Below are positions 8,965 to 17,441 of a stretch of 64,000 bases of DNA, piece by piece. The DNA comes from Clostridia bacterium (GTDB lineage: Bacteria; Bacillota; Clostridia; Oscillospirales; CAG-272). The stretch is taken from assembly GCA_900767415.1 (NCBI GenBank), contig CAAFYZ010000036.1, positions 21,084-85,083 of the forward strand, read 5' to 3'. The position numbers were made by a program, and so were the translations under genes. Each line of letters starts with the position of its first letter. The first letter of the stretch is position 1. The notes beneath the pieces were generated by a model. The model saw nothing but the letters and a program-made list of their open reading frames with translations. It was not told the DNA's origin and did not search any database.

Positions 8965-11247
8965 ATGAGTGCAGAGAAAAAACGAACTCTTCCCGACCGC
9001 TCCCTCTTCTTGCCGGTAAACGCCGACGACGTCGCGGCGAGAGGGTGGTCGGAGGTTGATTTCGTCTATGTGACGGGGGATGCGTATGTCGATCACCCCT
9101 CTTTCGGCGTGTCGATCATCAGCCGCGTTCTGGAGGCGGAGGGCTTTCGCGTCGCGATCCTTTCCCAGCCGGATTACAAGAGCACGAAGGACTTTACCCG
9201 CTTCGGCAGACCCCGCCTCGGATTCCTCGTCACGGCGGGGAACATCGACTCCATGGTGGCGCATTATACCGTCTCGAAGAAAAAACGCTCCTATGATTAT
9301 TACAGTCCCGGCGGGCAGGCGGGTCGCCGCCCCGACCGCGCGCTGATCGTCTATTGCAACCGGATCCGCGAGGCATACGGCGACGTGCCGATTCTCGTCG
9401 GGGGACTGGAAGCGTCTCTTCGCCGTTTCGCCCATTATGATTATTGGGACGACCGCGTCCGTCGGAGCATTCTTGTCGATGCCCGCGCGGATATTCTCAT
9501 GTACGGCATGGGAGAGAATATCGTCCGCCGCCTTGCCCATCTGCTTGATCGCGGAATCCCCGTGAAGAAGATCCGCGACGTCAGAGGAACCGTTTATCTT
9601 GCAAGGCGCGGAGAAAAAGTCTTTTTCGACAGTGTCGAAGTCGGCGACTATGATACGCTGAAAACCGATAAAAAAGCGTATGCCGACGCCTTCCGCCTTC
9701 AGTATATCAATACCGACTCGGTCGCGGGTCGCGCGGTGATCGAGTATTACGACGACAAAATGCTGGTGCAGAACCCGCCGATGCCTCCGCTTGAGCGGGA
9801 GGAGCTTGACCGCGTCTACGCCCTTCCGTACGTGCGGGATTATCACCCGGATTACGAGGCGGAGGGGGGCGTGCCCGCCATCGCCGAAGTCAAGTTTTCC
9901 GTCACGCACAACCGCGGCTGCTTCGGTGCCTGCAACTTCTGCGCGATCGCCTTTCATCAGGGGCGCGAGGTGCGCTCGCGGAGCGAGGAGAGCGTATTGG
10001 AAGAGGTGAAGAAGATCGTCGCCCTCCCGGATTTCAAGGGATATATCCACGATGTCGGCGGCCCGACGGCGAACTTCCGCTATCCGTCCTGCGACAGGCA
10101 GAAGACCGAGGGCGTCTGCCCGCGGCGAAAATGTCTTGCGCCGACCCCCTGTAAAAATCTGAAAGTCGATCATACCGAATACGCACATCTGCTCCGGGAG
10201 ATCGAAAAGATCGACGGCGTGAAAAAAGTCTTCGTCCGCTCGGGGATCCGATTTGACTATCTTATGTACGACCCCGACCGTACCTTCTTCCGTCAGCTCG
10301 TAACGCACCACGTGTCGGGACAGCTGAAGGTCGCGCCCGAGCATTGCTCCGACCATGCGCTCACCATGATGGGCAAGCCCTGTATCGCCGTCTTCGAGGC
10401 ATTCCGCGACGCTTATTTTTCCTATTGCAAAGAGGCGGGGTTAGAGCAGTATCTCGTCCCCTATCTTATGTCGAGCCACCCGGGCACGACCATGGAAGAC
10501 GCCGTCACCATGGCACTCTGGCTGAAAAAATGGGGATATTCTCCCGAGCAGGTGCAGGATTTTTATCCCACCCCGGGGACGATCTCGACCGTCATGTATT
10601 ATACGGGGATTCACCCGATGACGGGCAAGAGCGTTTATGTCACGACCGACTATCACGAAAAGCAGTTGCAACGCGCGCTTTTGCAATATGCAAGACCCGA
10701 AAACCGCAATCTCGTGCGCGAGGCGTTGCGGAAGGCGGGCAGAGAAGACCTGATCGGCACGGGACCCGAGTGCCTCGTCCGTCCCGCCTTCGGACAGGAA
10801 GAGCCGTCGGCACCCTATTCCGACAGACGCAAAGCAAACCTTACAAAAACGAGGAAGAATACAAAGAACTCTTCCCATAAAGAGAAAAAAACGCCCTCCC
10901 GCGCCCGGAGCGGAGAAAAAAAGAAGAGCAAGCTCGAGCGTATCTTCGGCGACGACGCCGTGCGGATTCTCCGCGAGGCGGACCGTATGAAGAGGGGAGA
11001 GGGCAGCCATAGCGAAAGCGGCGCGTCCGTGAGCGGGAAAAAAGATACCCGTACCCCCCGCACGCAAAAAGGCGGGAGAGACGGAAGTTTTACTCCCGCA
11101 AAAAAGAAAAAAGCGGAAAGAAAAATACGAAGCGATAATTTTTACGAAGCACGAAACAGAAAAAAAGGGGCAGAACGACCGTTCGGAAACGGGGTATGCA
11201 AATCCGCGAAAATGCAGGCGATTCTTGCAAAAGACGGAAAAGGATAG
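8965..11247 (+). CDS. ygiQ: YgiQ family radical SAM protein (UPF0313) with a long basic C-terminal tail
   Basis: ORF trimmed to ATG 8965 (MSAEKKRTLP). Blocks DFVYVTGDAYVDHPSFGVSIISRVLE and HNRGCFGACNFCAI (radical SAM cysteine triad). The last ~150 aa are Lys/Arg/Ser-rich. Confidence 0.85.
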   Translation: MSAEKKRTLPDRSLFLPVNADDVAARGWSEVDFVYVTGDAYVDHPSFGVSIISRVLEAEGFRVAILSQPDYKSTKDFTRFGRPRLGFLVTAGNIDSMVAHYTVSKKKRSYDYYSPGGQAGRRPDRALIVYCNRIREAYGDVPILVGGLEASLRRFAHYDYWDDRVRRSILVDARADILMYGMGENIVRRLAHLLDRGIPVKKIRDVRGTVYLARRGEKVFFDSVEVGDYDTLKTDKKAYADAFRLQYINTDSVAGRAVIEYYDDKMLVQNPPMPPLEREELDRVYALPYVRDYHPDYEAEGGVPAIAEVKFSVTHNRGCFGACNFCAIAFHQGREVRSRSEESVLEEVKKIVALPDFKGYIHDVGGPTANFRYPSCDRQKTEGVCPRRKCLAPTPCKNLKVDHTEYAHLLREIEKIDGVKKVFVRSGIRFDYLMYDPDRTFFRQLVTHHVSGQLKVAPEHCSDHALTMMGKPCIAVFEAFRDAYFSYCKEAGLEQYLVPYLMSSHPGTTMEDAVTMALWLKKWGYSPEQVQDFYPTPGTISTVMYYTGIHPMTGKSVYVTTDYHEKQLQRALLQYARPENRNLVREALRKAGREDLIGTGPECLVRPAFGQEEPSAPYSDRRKANLTKTRKNTKNSSHKEKKTPSRARSGEKKKSKLERIFGDDAVRILREADRMKRGEGSHSESGASVSGKKDTRTPRTQKGGRDGSFTPAKKKKAERKIRSDNFYEARNRKKGAERPFGNGVCKSAKMQAILAKDGKG

Positions 11248-11254
11248 TTTGGAG

Positions 11255-11387
11255 TTTTCCACATTCCGCAATGTGGAAATGGTGGAAAACCTGCCTGTCC
11301 GATGGGGAAAACTTCGGTTTTTCCCCTTCATTCGGTGCTTTTTTCCCGAAAGTTATCCACAATATCCACAAAATAAAATGTGGAAAA
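11255..11387. promoter_or_regulatory. cluster of DnaA-box-like 9-mers
   Basis: ttttccaca 11255-11263, tgtggaaat 11272-11280, ggtggaaaa 11281-11289, ttatccaca 11353-11361 (perfect consensus), atatccaca 11362-11370, tgtggaaaa 11379-11387. Both orientations occur, all within 133 bp of non-coding DNA. Confidence 0.65.
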
Positions 11388-11444
11388 CTTTTTTGCGTAC
11401 CGACGGCACCGATGGCAAAAATGCGGGAATCGGAGAGAAAAAAA

Positions 11445-11466
11445 CGGGGGAGAGCCCCCTGTTTTC
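11445..11466 (+). terminator. intrinsic terminator
   Basis: cggggg-agag-cccccg hairpin followed by tttt. Lies about 200 nt after the ygiQ stop, downstream of the DnaA boxes. Confidence 0.55.
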
Positions 11467-11553
11467 CCCCTCTTTTTCCTCGTCTTCGAATGCCGCGTGA
11501 AAATATACATCACAAAAATTACGAATCCCGATTTTTCGGGCGAAAGATGAACC

Positions 11554-13959
11554 ATGCAAGAGACAAAAGACAAGAAAACGAGATACCTTGCGGCGAAGCG
11601 CCGACTCTTTGACCGCGTCTATGGAGAGCGGCTGAACCCGCCGCAGCGCGCCGCCGTTTTTACGGCGAAGGGACCGTTGCTCGTCCTCGCCGGGGCGGGG
11701 AGCGGGAAGACGACCGTTCTCGTCCACCGCGTCGGTTACCTGATTAAATACGGCAACGCCTATTTTGACGACAGCGTGCCGGAGGATCTGTCGGACGGTA
11801 TGCTCGCGGCACTGGAGGCGGCGGTATCCGAGCCGCCCGAGGTCATTCGCGAGATTCTTCCGCAGTTTATCAAGGACCCCTGCCCCCCGTGGGCAGTGAT
11901 GGCGATCACCTTTACGAACAAGGCGGCGCGCGAGATCCGCGAGCGGCTGGAAGAGAGTTTTTCCGACCCTGCGGTGACGGAGGAGATCACAGCGGGGACG
12001 TTCCACTCGGTATCGGTGCGGATTCTGCGTCGGTACGGCGAGCGGCTCGGGTACCGCCCCGGATTTTCGATCTACGATACCGACGATAAAAAACGCCTGC
12101 TCACCATGTGCATGAAGGACCTCGGCATCGACGAGAAGGTTCTCTCGGTCAAGGCGGTGGCAAACGCCGTCAGCATGGCGAAGGATCGGCTCGAGACCCC
12201 GGAGGAGCTGTCTCTCGGGCAGGACCCGCGGGAGAGAGACATCCGTCGGATCTATTCCTATTATCAGAAGAAACTGATGGAATTCAATGCCGTCGATTTC
12301 GACGACATTATCATGCAGACGGTGCGCCTTCTGGAAGAGGACGCCGAGGTGCGTTCCTATTATCAGAACCGTTACCGGTATGTTCTCGTCGACGAGTATC
12401 AGGATACGAACTACGCACAGTTCGTTCTGACGAAACTTCTCTCGGACAAATACCGCAACCTGATGGTCGTCGGCGACGACGATCAGAGCATCTACCGCTT
12501 CCGCGGTGCGACGGTGGAGAACATTCTGAATTTCGACAAGACCTATCCCGATGCGAAAGTGGTCAAACTGGAGCAGAATTACCGCTCTACCGAATGTATC
12601 CTCGATGCGGCGAACGCCGTCATCTCGCACAATGGCGACCGCCATGAGAAAAAACTCTGGTGCGAGAAGGGAAGAGGAGAAAAAATCATCCTCAAAGAGG
12701 CGGAAGATCAGATCGGAGAAGGGCGTTACATCGTCGACCGCATTGTCCGCGCCGTGGCGGGAGGGCGGCATTATTCCGATTTTGCCGTCCTCTACCGCGT
12801 CAACGAGATGGCGCGCTCGCTGGAAGGCGCGTTTACGAAAAGCGGGATTCCGTACAGGATTCTCGGCGGGCAGCGTTTCTATGACAAAAAAGAGATCCGC
12901 GATATGCTCGCCTATCTGTCGCTCACCGATTCGACCGACGACGATCTGCGGCTGAAACGGATCATCAACGAGCCGAAACGGAAGATCGGCGCCGCCACCG
13001 TGGACGCCGTCGAGAGCATCGCCCGCATGAACGGAATGTCCATGTACACCGTCATGTCCCGCGCCGACGAATACGTCGCGCTCGGCAAGAGCGCGGAAAA
13101 ACTGAAAAGTTTTGTCGCTCTGATCGACGGACTCCGCGCACGGGAGATGAAGCCGTCCGAGCGGATCGAGGCGATCTTCGAGGAGAGCGGCTATCATGCC
13201 ATGCTGACGGCGGAGGGCTTTGAGGGAGAGGGACGGATCGACAGTGTCAAAGAGTTCGTTTCCGCCGCCGCCGAATACGAGGCGAGATGCGAGGAAAATT
13301 CCATCGAGCCGACGCTCTCCGGATTCCTTGAGGAGGTTTCCCTCGTCAGCGACGTCGATAAGTACGACGAGACGGCAGACGCCGTCGTTCTGATGACCGT
13401 CCACTCGGCGAAGGGACTGGAATTCCCGGTCGTCTTCCTCGCCGGTATGGAGGACGGCGTGTTCCCCGGCGCACAGAACCTCGGAGAACCGCAGGAGATG
13501 AGCGAAGAGAGACGCCTCGCCTACGTTGCCATCACCCGTGCCAAAGAGATGCTCTATATCACCCATGCAAAGTGCCGTATGATGTACGGAAAGACGGCGT
13601 TCAACCCGCTTTCGGTCTTCGTCAGAGAAGAGATTCCGAAGGACCTGATCTTGGAGGAGACGCCGAAGGCACCGCCGCCGCGCAGTGATTTCTCCCCCTT
13701 CGGCAGGACGCCGCGGGAGACCCCCCGTCTTTCGGACGAAATGCGCCGCCGCCCCGACATGGCGCCGAGACAGAGGGGGGCGGGCAACTTCGGCGTCGAA
13801 AAATTCGCCCCGGGGACAAGGGTGCTTCACCCCCTGCTCGGCGAGGGCGTCATTCTTTCGGCTAAAGATATGGGAGGCGATATTTTGTATGCCGTCCGCT
13901 TTGCCGACGGGACGGAAAAGAAACTGATGGCGACCTTTGCCAAGATGAAAAGATTATAA
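11554..13959 (+). CDS. pcrA: ATP-dependent DNA helicase PcrA/UvrD
   Basis: 801 aa. Blocks LNPPQRAAV, AGAGSGKTTVL (motif I), VDEYQDTN (motif II), NYRST, TVHSAKGLEFPVVF and VAITRAK. Confidence 0.9.
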   Translation: MQETKDKKTRYLAAKRRLFDRVYGERLNPPQRAAVFTAKGPLLVLAGAGSGKTTVLVHRVGYLIKYGNAYFDDSVPEDLSDGMLAALEAAVSEPPEVIREILPQFIKDPCPPWAVMAITFTNKAAREIRERLEESFSDPAVTEEITAGTFHSVSVRILRRYGERLGYRPGFSIYDTDDKKRLLTMCMKDLGIDEKVLSVKAVANAVSMAKDRLETPEELSLGQDPRERDIRRIYSYYQKKLMEFNAVDFDDIIMQTVRLLEEDAEVRSYYQNRYRYVLVDEYQDTNYAQFVLTKLLSDKYRNLMVVGDDDQSIYRFRGATVENILNFDKTYPDAKVVKLEQNYRSTECILDAANAVISHNGDRHEKKLWCEKGRGEKIILKEAEDQIGEGRYIVDRIVRAVAGGRHYSDFAVLYRVNEMARSLEGAFTKSGIPYRILGGQRFYDKKEIRDMLAYLSLTDSTDDDLRLKRIINEPKRKIGAATVDAVESIARMNGMSMYTVMSRADEYVALGKSAEKLKSFVALIDGLRAREMKPSERIEAIFEESGYHAMLTAEGFEGEGRIDSVKEFVSAAAEYEARCEENSIEPTLSGFLEEVSLVSDVDKYDETADAVVLMTVHSAKGLEFPVVFLAGMEDGVFPGAQNLGEPQEMSEERRLAYVAITRAKEMLYITHAKCRMMYGKTAFNPLSVFVREEIPKDLILEETPKAPPPRSDFSPFGRTPRETPRLSDEMRRRPDMAPRQRGAGNFGVEKFAPGTRVLHPLLGEGVILSAKDMGGDILYAVRFADGTEKKLMATFAKMKRL

Positions 13960-13983
13960 TTTGCAAAGAAAGGTTTGCATATT

Positions 13984-14643
13984 ATGAAAAAATGCTGTAT
14001 TTTCGATATGGACGGCACGGTGCTGAATACCTTGCCGACCATTACGTATTTTATGGACCGCACGCTCGTCGATTTCGGACTTTCTCCGATCGGGGAAGAG
14101 AATTGCCGCCGCTTTGTCGGCAACGGCGCGCGGATTCTGATGGAGCGCGTCTTCGATTATCTCGGACTTGACACGCGGGACACCGACCTCTTCGAAAAAA
14201 TCTATCGGGCATATAAAGAAGGGTACGATGCCGAGCCGCTCTATCTGACAGAGCCGTATCCCGGGATTCTTTCTCTCCTCTCTTCTCTTCGCGATGCGGG
14301 CATCGGCGTCGGCATCGTGTCGAACAAGCCGCACACCGCCGTCCTTCCTCTCTCCCGCCACTTTTTCGGCGATCTCGTCGGGGAGGTACAGGGGGCGGCG
14401 GACGACCTGCCGTTAAAGCCCGATCCCGCCGTCGTCCGTACGGTGATGCACCGCCTCGGCGGGAGGGAGCGGTTCACCGCGTACATCGGGGACAGCGAAG
14501 TGGACGTCGCCACGGGGCGCGCCCTCGGTGCGGGGCGGACGGTCGGCGTCCTTTGGGGATTCCGCGACAGGGAAAAACTTTCGGGGGCAGACCTCCTTGT
14601 CTCCCGTGCCGATGAGATTTTGCCGATTGCCCTTTCTTTGTAA
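13984..14643 (+). CDS. HAD-superfamily hydrolase (phosphoglycolate phosphatase-like)
   Basis: CIFDMDGTVLNT (DxDGT motif I), SNKP (motif II), GDSEVD (motif IV). The start could also be ATG 13975. Confidence 0.8.
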   Translation: MKKCCIFDMDGTVLNTLPTITYFMDRTLVDFGLSPIGEENCRRFVGNGARILMERVFDYLGLDTRDTDLFEKIYRAYKEGYDAEPLYLTEPYPGILSLLSSLRDAGIGVGIVSNKPHTAVLPLSRHFFGDLVGEVQGAADDLPLKPDPAVVRTVMHRLGGRERFTAYIGDSEVDVATGRALGAGRTVGVLWGFRDREKLSGADLLVSRADEILPIALSL

Positions 14644-14700
14644 GAAATAGACAAACCGCGCGCGCAAAATTTGACAAAGGAGAAAAATATTTTGCGAAAA

Positions 14701-14740
14701 GGCGGGACGCCACGGCGTCCCGCCTTTACTTTCCCTTTTT
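14701..14740 (+). terminator. intrinsic terminator after the HAD gene
   Basis: ggcgggacgc / gcgtcccgcc 10-bp stem followed by a T-rich tract. Confidence 0.7.
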
Positions 14741-14753
14741 CCCGTGGTATAAT
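14725..14753 (+). promoter_or_regulatory. promoter of the MBOAT locus (extended -10)
   Basis: TTTACT (14725-14730), 17-nt spacer ending TGg, TATAAT (14748-14753). 38 nt upstream of ATG 14791. Confidence 0.55.
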
Positions 14754-14790
14754 GAAAAAACAAAAAATCGGCAATAAGGAGAACCGAAGA

Positions 14791-17139
14791 ATGAAAAGAT
14801 CCCGTTTGCTTTTCGTTTTTTTCTTTTCGCTTTTGATTCTGACCCTCTTGGCGTTCACTTCCTGTACGCCCTCTGCGGGCGGGGGAGACACGGAGAAGAC
14901 CTACCGCGTGATGGTGAGTGTCCCCGAGGGCGCGACCGTGGTCGGGAAGAACCCCGCGGATGTCAAAGAGGGCGGGAGCGTGACCTTCCGTCTCTCGATC
15001 GGAAAAGAATACGTCTGCACCTCCGTCAGTGACGGCACATACGATCCCGCGACCGGGATACTGACCGTCTCGGACGTGCGGGAGAAGAAGAACATCACCG
15101 TCTCTCTTCTTCATGTCGGATACGACACGACGGTAAAATATGCGTATTTCTTTCACGGCACCGAAAAAGACGTCAGCAGTCAGGACAGCGGCGTCCGCCT
15201 TTTTGCCGGCACCGAAATTACCGTGCGGGCAGAGGATACCGACCGCCTGTTCGCCGGTTGGTCGTTTAGCAAACTGGGTGCCGACCGTTCGGTCATCGTC
15301 TCGACCGACAGAGAATATACCTTCCGTCTGTCGCCCGACAAAGCCGCCGGCGGCAAGGTCGATCTGTATGCGAACTACACGGATACGAACCGCCTCTACT
15401 ATGACGCGAACGGCGGTACGGTGAATCCGGGGACGAAGAACATGACGGCGGACGACTATTACGTTGCCGCGACCTCCGGCTCTTCCGTCCTCGTTACCAT
15501 GAAGCAGAACTACCTCGATTATTGCGAGTGCGCCTCTGCCTTCTGGGACGACGGCACCTTCCGTCGCGACGGGTATCTTCTGAAAGAGTACAACACGATG
15601 CCCGACGGCAGTGGCGAGTCGTACAGCCCGGGGTCGAAGGTGTATCACGTGACGGGCGACGGCTCCTATCTCACCCTGTATTGCATTTGGGAAAAGTGCG
15701 CGGACGCAGGCGTCTTTACCGTCGCCGACGCGATCTTTGCCGCCCCCTCGGGCGTCAACCGCAACGATATCCCCGGCTGGCACGACAGCGGCGTGAAGAT
15801 CACCGGATATACCGGCTCCCACGACACGCTCGCCATTCCCGAGACGATAGGAGGGAAGACGGTCATCGGCATTTCGGCGGGCGCGTTTCGCGATGCCTCT
15901 TTCACGACGCTTCTTCTCCCCCGGACGCTGGAATACATCGAAGACGGTGCCTTCGTCGGCTGTTCTTCGCTGACGACGCTGTATTTCCCCGACAGCATCT
16001 ATTCGATAAAGAACGCGGCGTTCGATGCCGCCACCTATCGGAATTTCCGTCACTTCATCGTCAACGCGACGATGGCACCCCGCCTCTCTTCCACCGAGTG
16101 GGGCTCCATGTCGCTGAAACTCTCCCGCCTTCTCGCGAGCGGGGATCAGAACCGCATCGTGATCGTCGCCGGCTCCTCCGCCTATCAGGGGATAGGGACC
16201 GAATATCTCGAGCGCCTGCTCGATAACCGTTACCGCGTCGTCAACTTCGGCACCGCCCGCACGATGAACGGCGTCTTCCTTCTCGAAGCCATGCGGCACT
16301 ACGTCCACGCGGGCGATACCGTCCTGTACGCCCCCGAGAACAGTACGTATATGATGGGAGAGAGGGAACTCTATTGGAAGACCGTCTATCTGACCGAAGG
16401 AATGTATAACCTTTGGCGCTATGTGGACATCTCCGAATATACGAACCTCTTTGATGCCTTCACCGACTACAATCAGAATTACCGTTACAACCGCGCACCC
16501 ACGACCTACGAGGCGATCGTAAAGCAGTCTGCCCGCATGAATAAATACGGCGACTACCTGTCCCGCGACCGTGCGTACTACTGCGAGACACCGGGCGCAC
16601 CGAAGTATTACGACACCTACTACATTACGATGAACGAGCGTTACAAGTCGAAGAACGAAGGAAATTGGCAGGACGTCGAAAACCAGGAGGCGAACAAGGA
16701 TTATAAAGATCCGAACAACACGACCTGGGCGAGCATCACGGACGCCTATTTCGCCGACAGCATGAACCGCGCGATCCGCCTTGTCAAAGAGGCGGGGGCA
16801 AAGGTCTACTTCTCCTTCTGCCCGGTCGACGCGGATAAACTGGTGGAAGAGGCGAGAGATCCCGCACGCTTTGCCGCTTACGATCAGATGATCTCCGAGA
16901 CTTTTGAATTTGACGGCTTGGTCGGTATGTCCATCGATTATGTCATGGCACACAAGTATTTTTACGACAACGCCTTCCACCCGAACGATTACGGCAGAAC
17001 CTACCGTACCCACCAGCTTTACCGCGATCTTTGCGGTATCTTCGGAACCTATACCGTGTACGGCGTCCGCGACGTCGGTACGGATTTTGCGGGTTGTCTT
17101 TTCGAGTCGGGGAGCATGACCCCCGCCGGGATTTCGTGA
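14791..17139 (+). CDS. surface lipoprotein: N-terminal Ig-like/Listeria-Bacteroides-repeat region, BspA-type LRR, C-terminal SGNH/DltD-like domain
   Basis: ORF 14671..17139 trimmed to ATG 14791 behind AAGGAGAA. Lipobox LLAFTSC. LRR block LAIPETIGGKTVIGISAGAFRDASFTTLLLPRTLEYIEDGAFVGCSSLTTLYFP. SGNH-like blocks IVIVAGSSAYQG ... DNAFHPNDYG. C-terminal half is paralogous to the N-terminal half of 18907..20355. Confidence 0.7.
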   Translation: MKRSRLLFVFFFSLLILTLLAFTSCTPSAGGGDTEKTYRVMVSVPEGATVVGKNPADVKEGGSVTFRLSIGKEYVCTSVSDGTYDPATGILTVSDVREKKNITVSLLHVGYDTTVKYAYFFHGTEKDVSSQDSGVRLFAGTEITVRAEDTDRLFAGWSFSKLGADRSVIVSTDREYTFRLSPDKAAGGKVDLYANYTDTNRLYYDANGGTVNPGTKNMTADDYYVAATSGSSVLVTMKQNYLDYCECASAFWDDGTFRRDGYLLKEYNTMPDGSGESYSPGSKVYHVTGDGSYLTLYCIWEKCADAGVFTVADAIFAAPSGVNRNDIPGWHDSGVKITGYTGSHDTLAIPETIGGKTVIGISAGAFRDASFTTLLLPRTLEYIEDGAFVGCSSLTTLYFPDSIYSIKNAAFDAATYRNFRHFIVNATMAPRLSSTEWGSMSLKLSRLLASGDQNRIVIVAGSSAYQGIGTEYLERLLDNRYRVVNFGTARTMNGVFLLEAMRHYVHAGDTVLYAPENSTYMMGERELYWKTVYLTEGMYNLWRYVDISEYTNLFDAFTDYNQNYRYNRAPTTYEAIVKQSARMNKYGDYLSRDRAYYCETPGAPKYYDTYYITMNERYKSKNEGNWQDVENQEANKDYKDPNNTTWASITDAYFADSMNRAIRLVKEAGAKVYFSFCPVDADKLVEEARDPARFAAYDQMISETFEFDGLVGMSIDYVMAHKYFYDNAFHPNDYGRTYRTHQLYRDLCGIFGTYTVYGVRDVGTDFAGCLFESGSMTPAGIS

Positions 17140-17147
17140 GGTGAACG

Positions 17148-17441
17148 ATGATATTCTATACACTCCCTTATATTTGGGCACCCCTTCTTCTGATGCTCAT
17201 TCTGCACGTCGTCGCCGCCTTCCTTCGTGACCCGATCGGGAAGATTTTGGCTTATGTAAACATAGGTTTGCATATTATCTTTGTTTTTCTTTTGATCCTC
17301 GGAAAAGTACCGCTGGAAGAATCGGTGCTTCTCTTCATGATTTCCGTCTCCGTCTATCTCTTTGCGGGCGCGTTCGACGCCCGCCGCCGTACGGCGCGGG
17401 AGAAGACGGAAGACGAGAGGGAGGTGCCGCATGACATTTAA
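17148..17441 (+). CDS. small hydrophobic membrane protein (3 predicted TM segments), unknown function
   Basis: 97-aa ORF, hydrophobic throughout with a charged C-terminus. Its stop overlaps the MBOAT start by 11 nt. Codon usage is consistent with its neighbours. Confidence 0.5.
   Translation: MIFYTLPYIWAPLLLMLILHVVAAFLRDPIGKILAYVNIGLHIIFVFLLILGKVPLEESVLLFMISVSVYLFAGAFDARRRTAREKTEDEREVPHDI

Noticed and set aside
8689-10356. 555-aa minus-strand ORF.
   Set aside because: It is antisense to ygiQ and the hisS end, and its composition is typical of a GC-rich antisense frame.
11353-13830. 825-aa ORF on the minus strand.
   Set aside because: It is antisense to the unmistakable pcrA gene. The translation is Arg/Gly/His-rich low-complexity with no motifs, which is a typical stop-poor shadow frame in GC-rich DNA.
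14413-17181. 922-aa minus-strand ORF across the first MBOAT-locus gene.
   Set aside because: It is a shadow ORF antisense to a gene with a lipobox, RBS and recognisable domains. It has no start context or motifs of its own.
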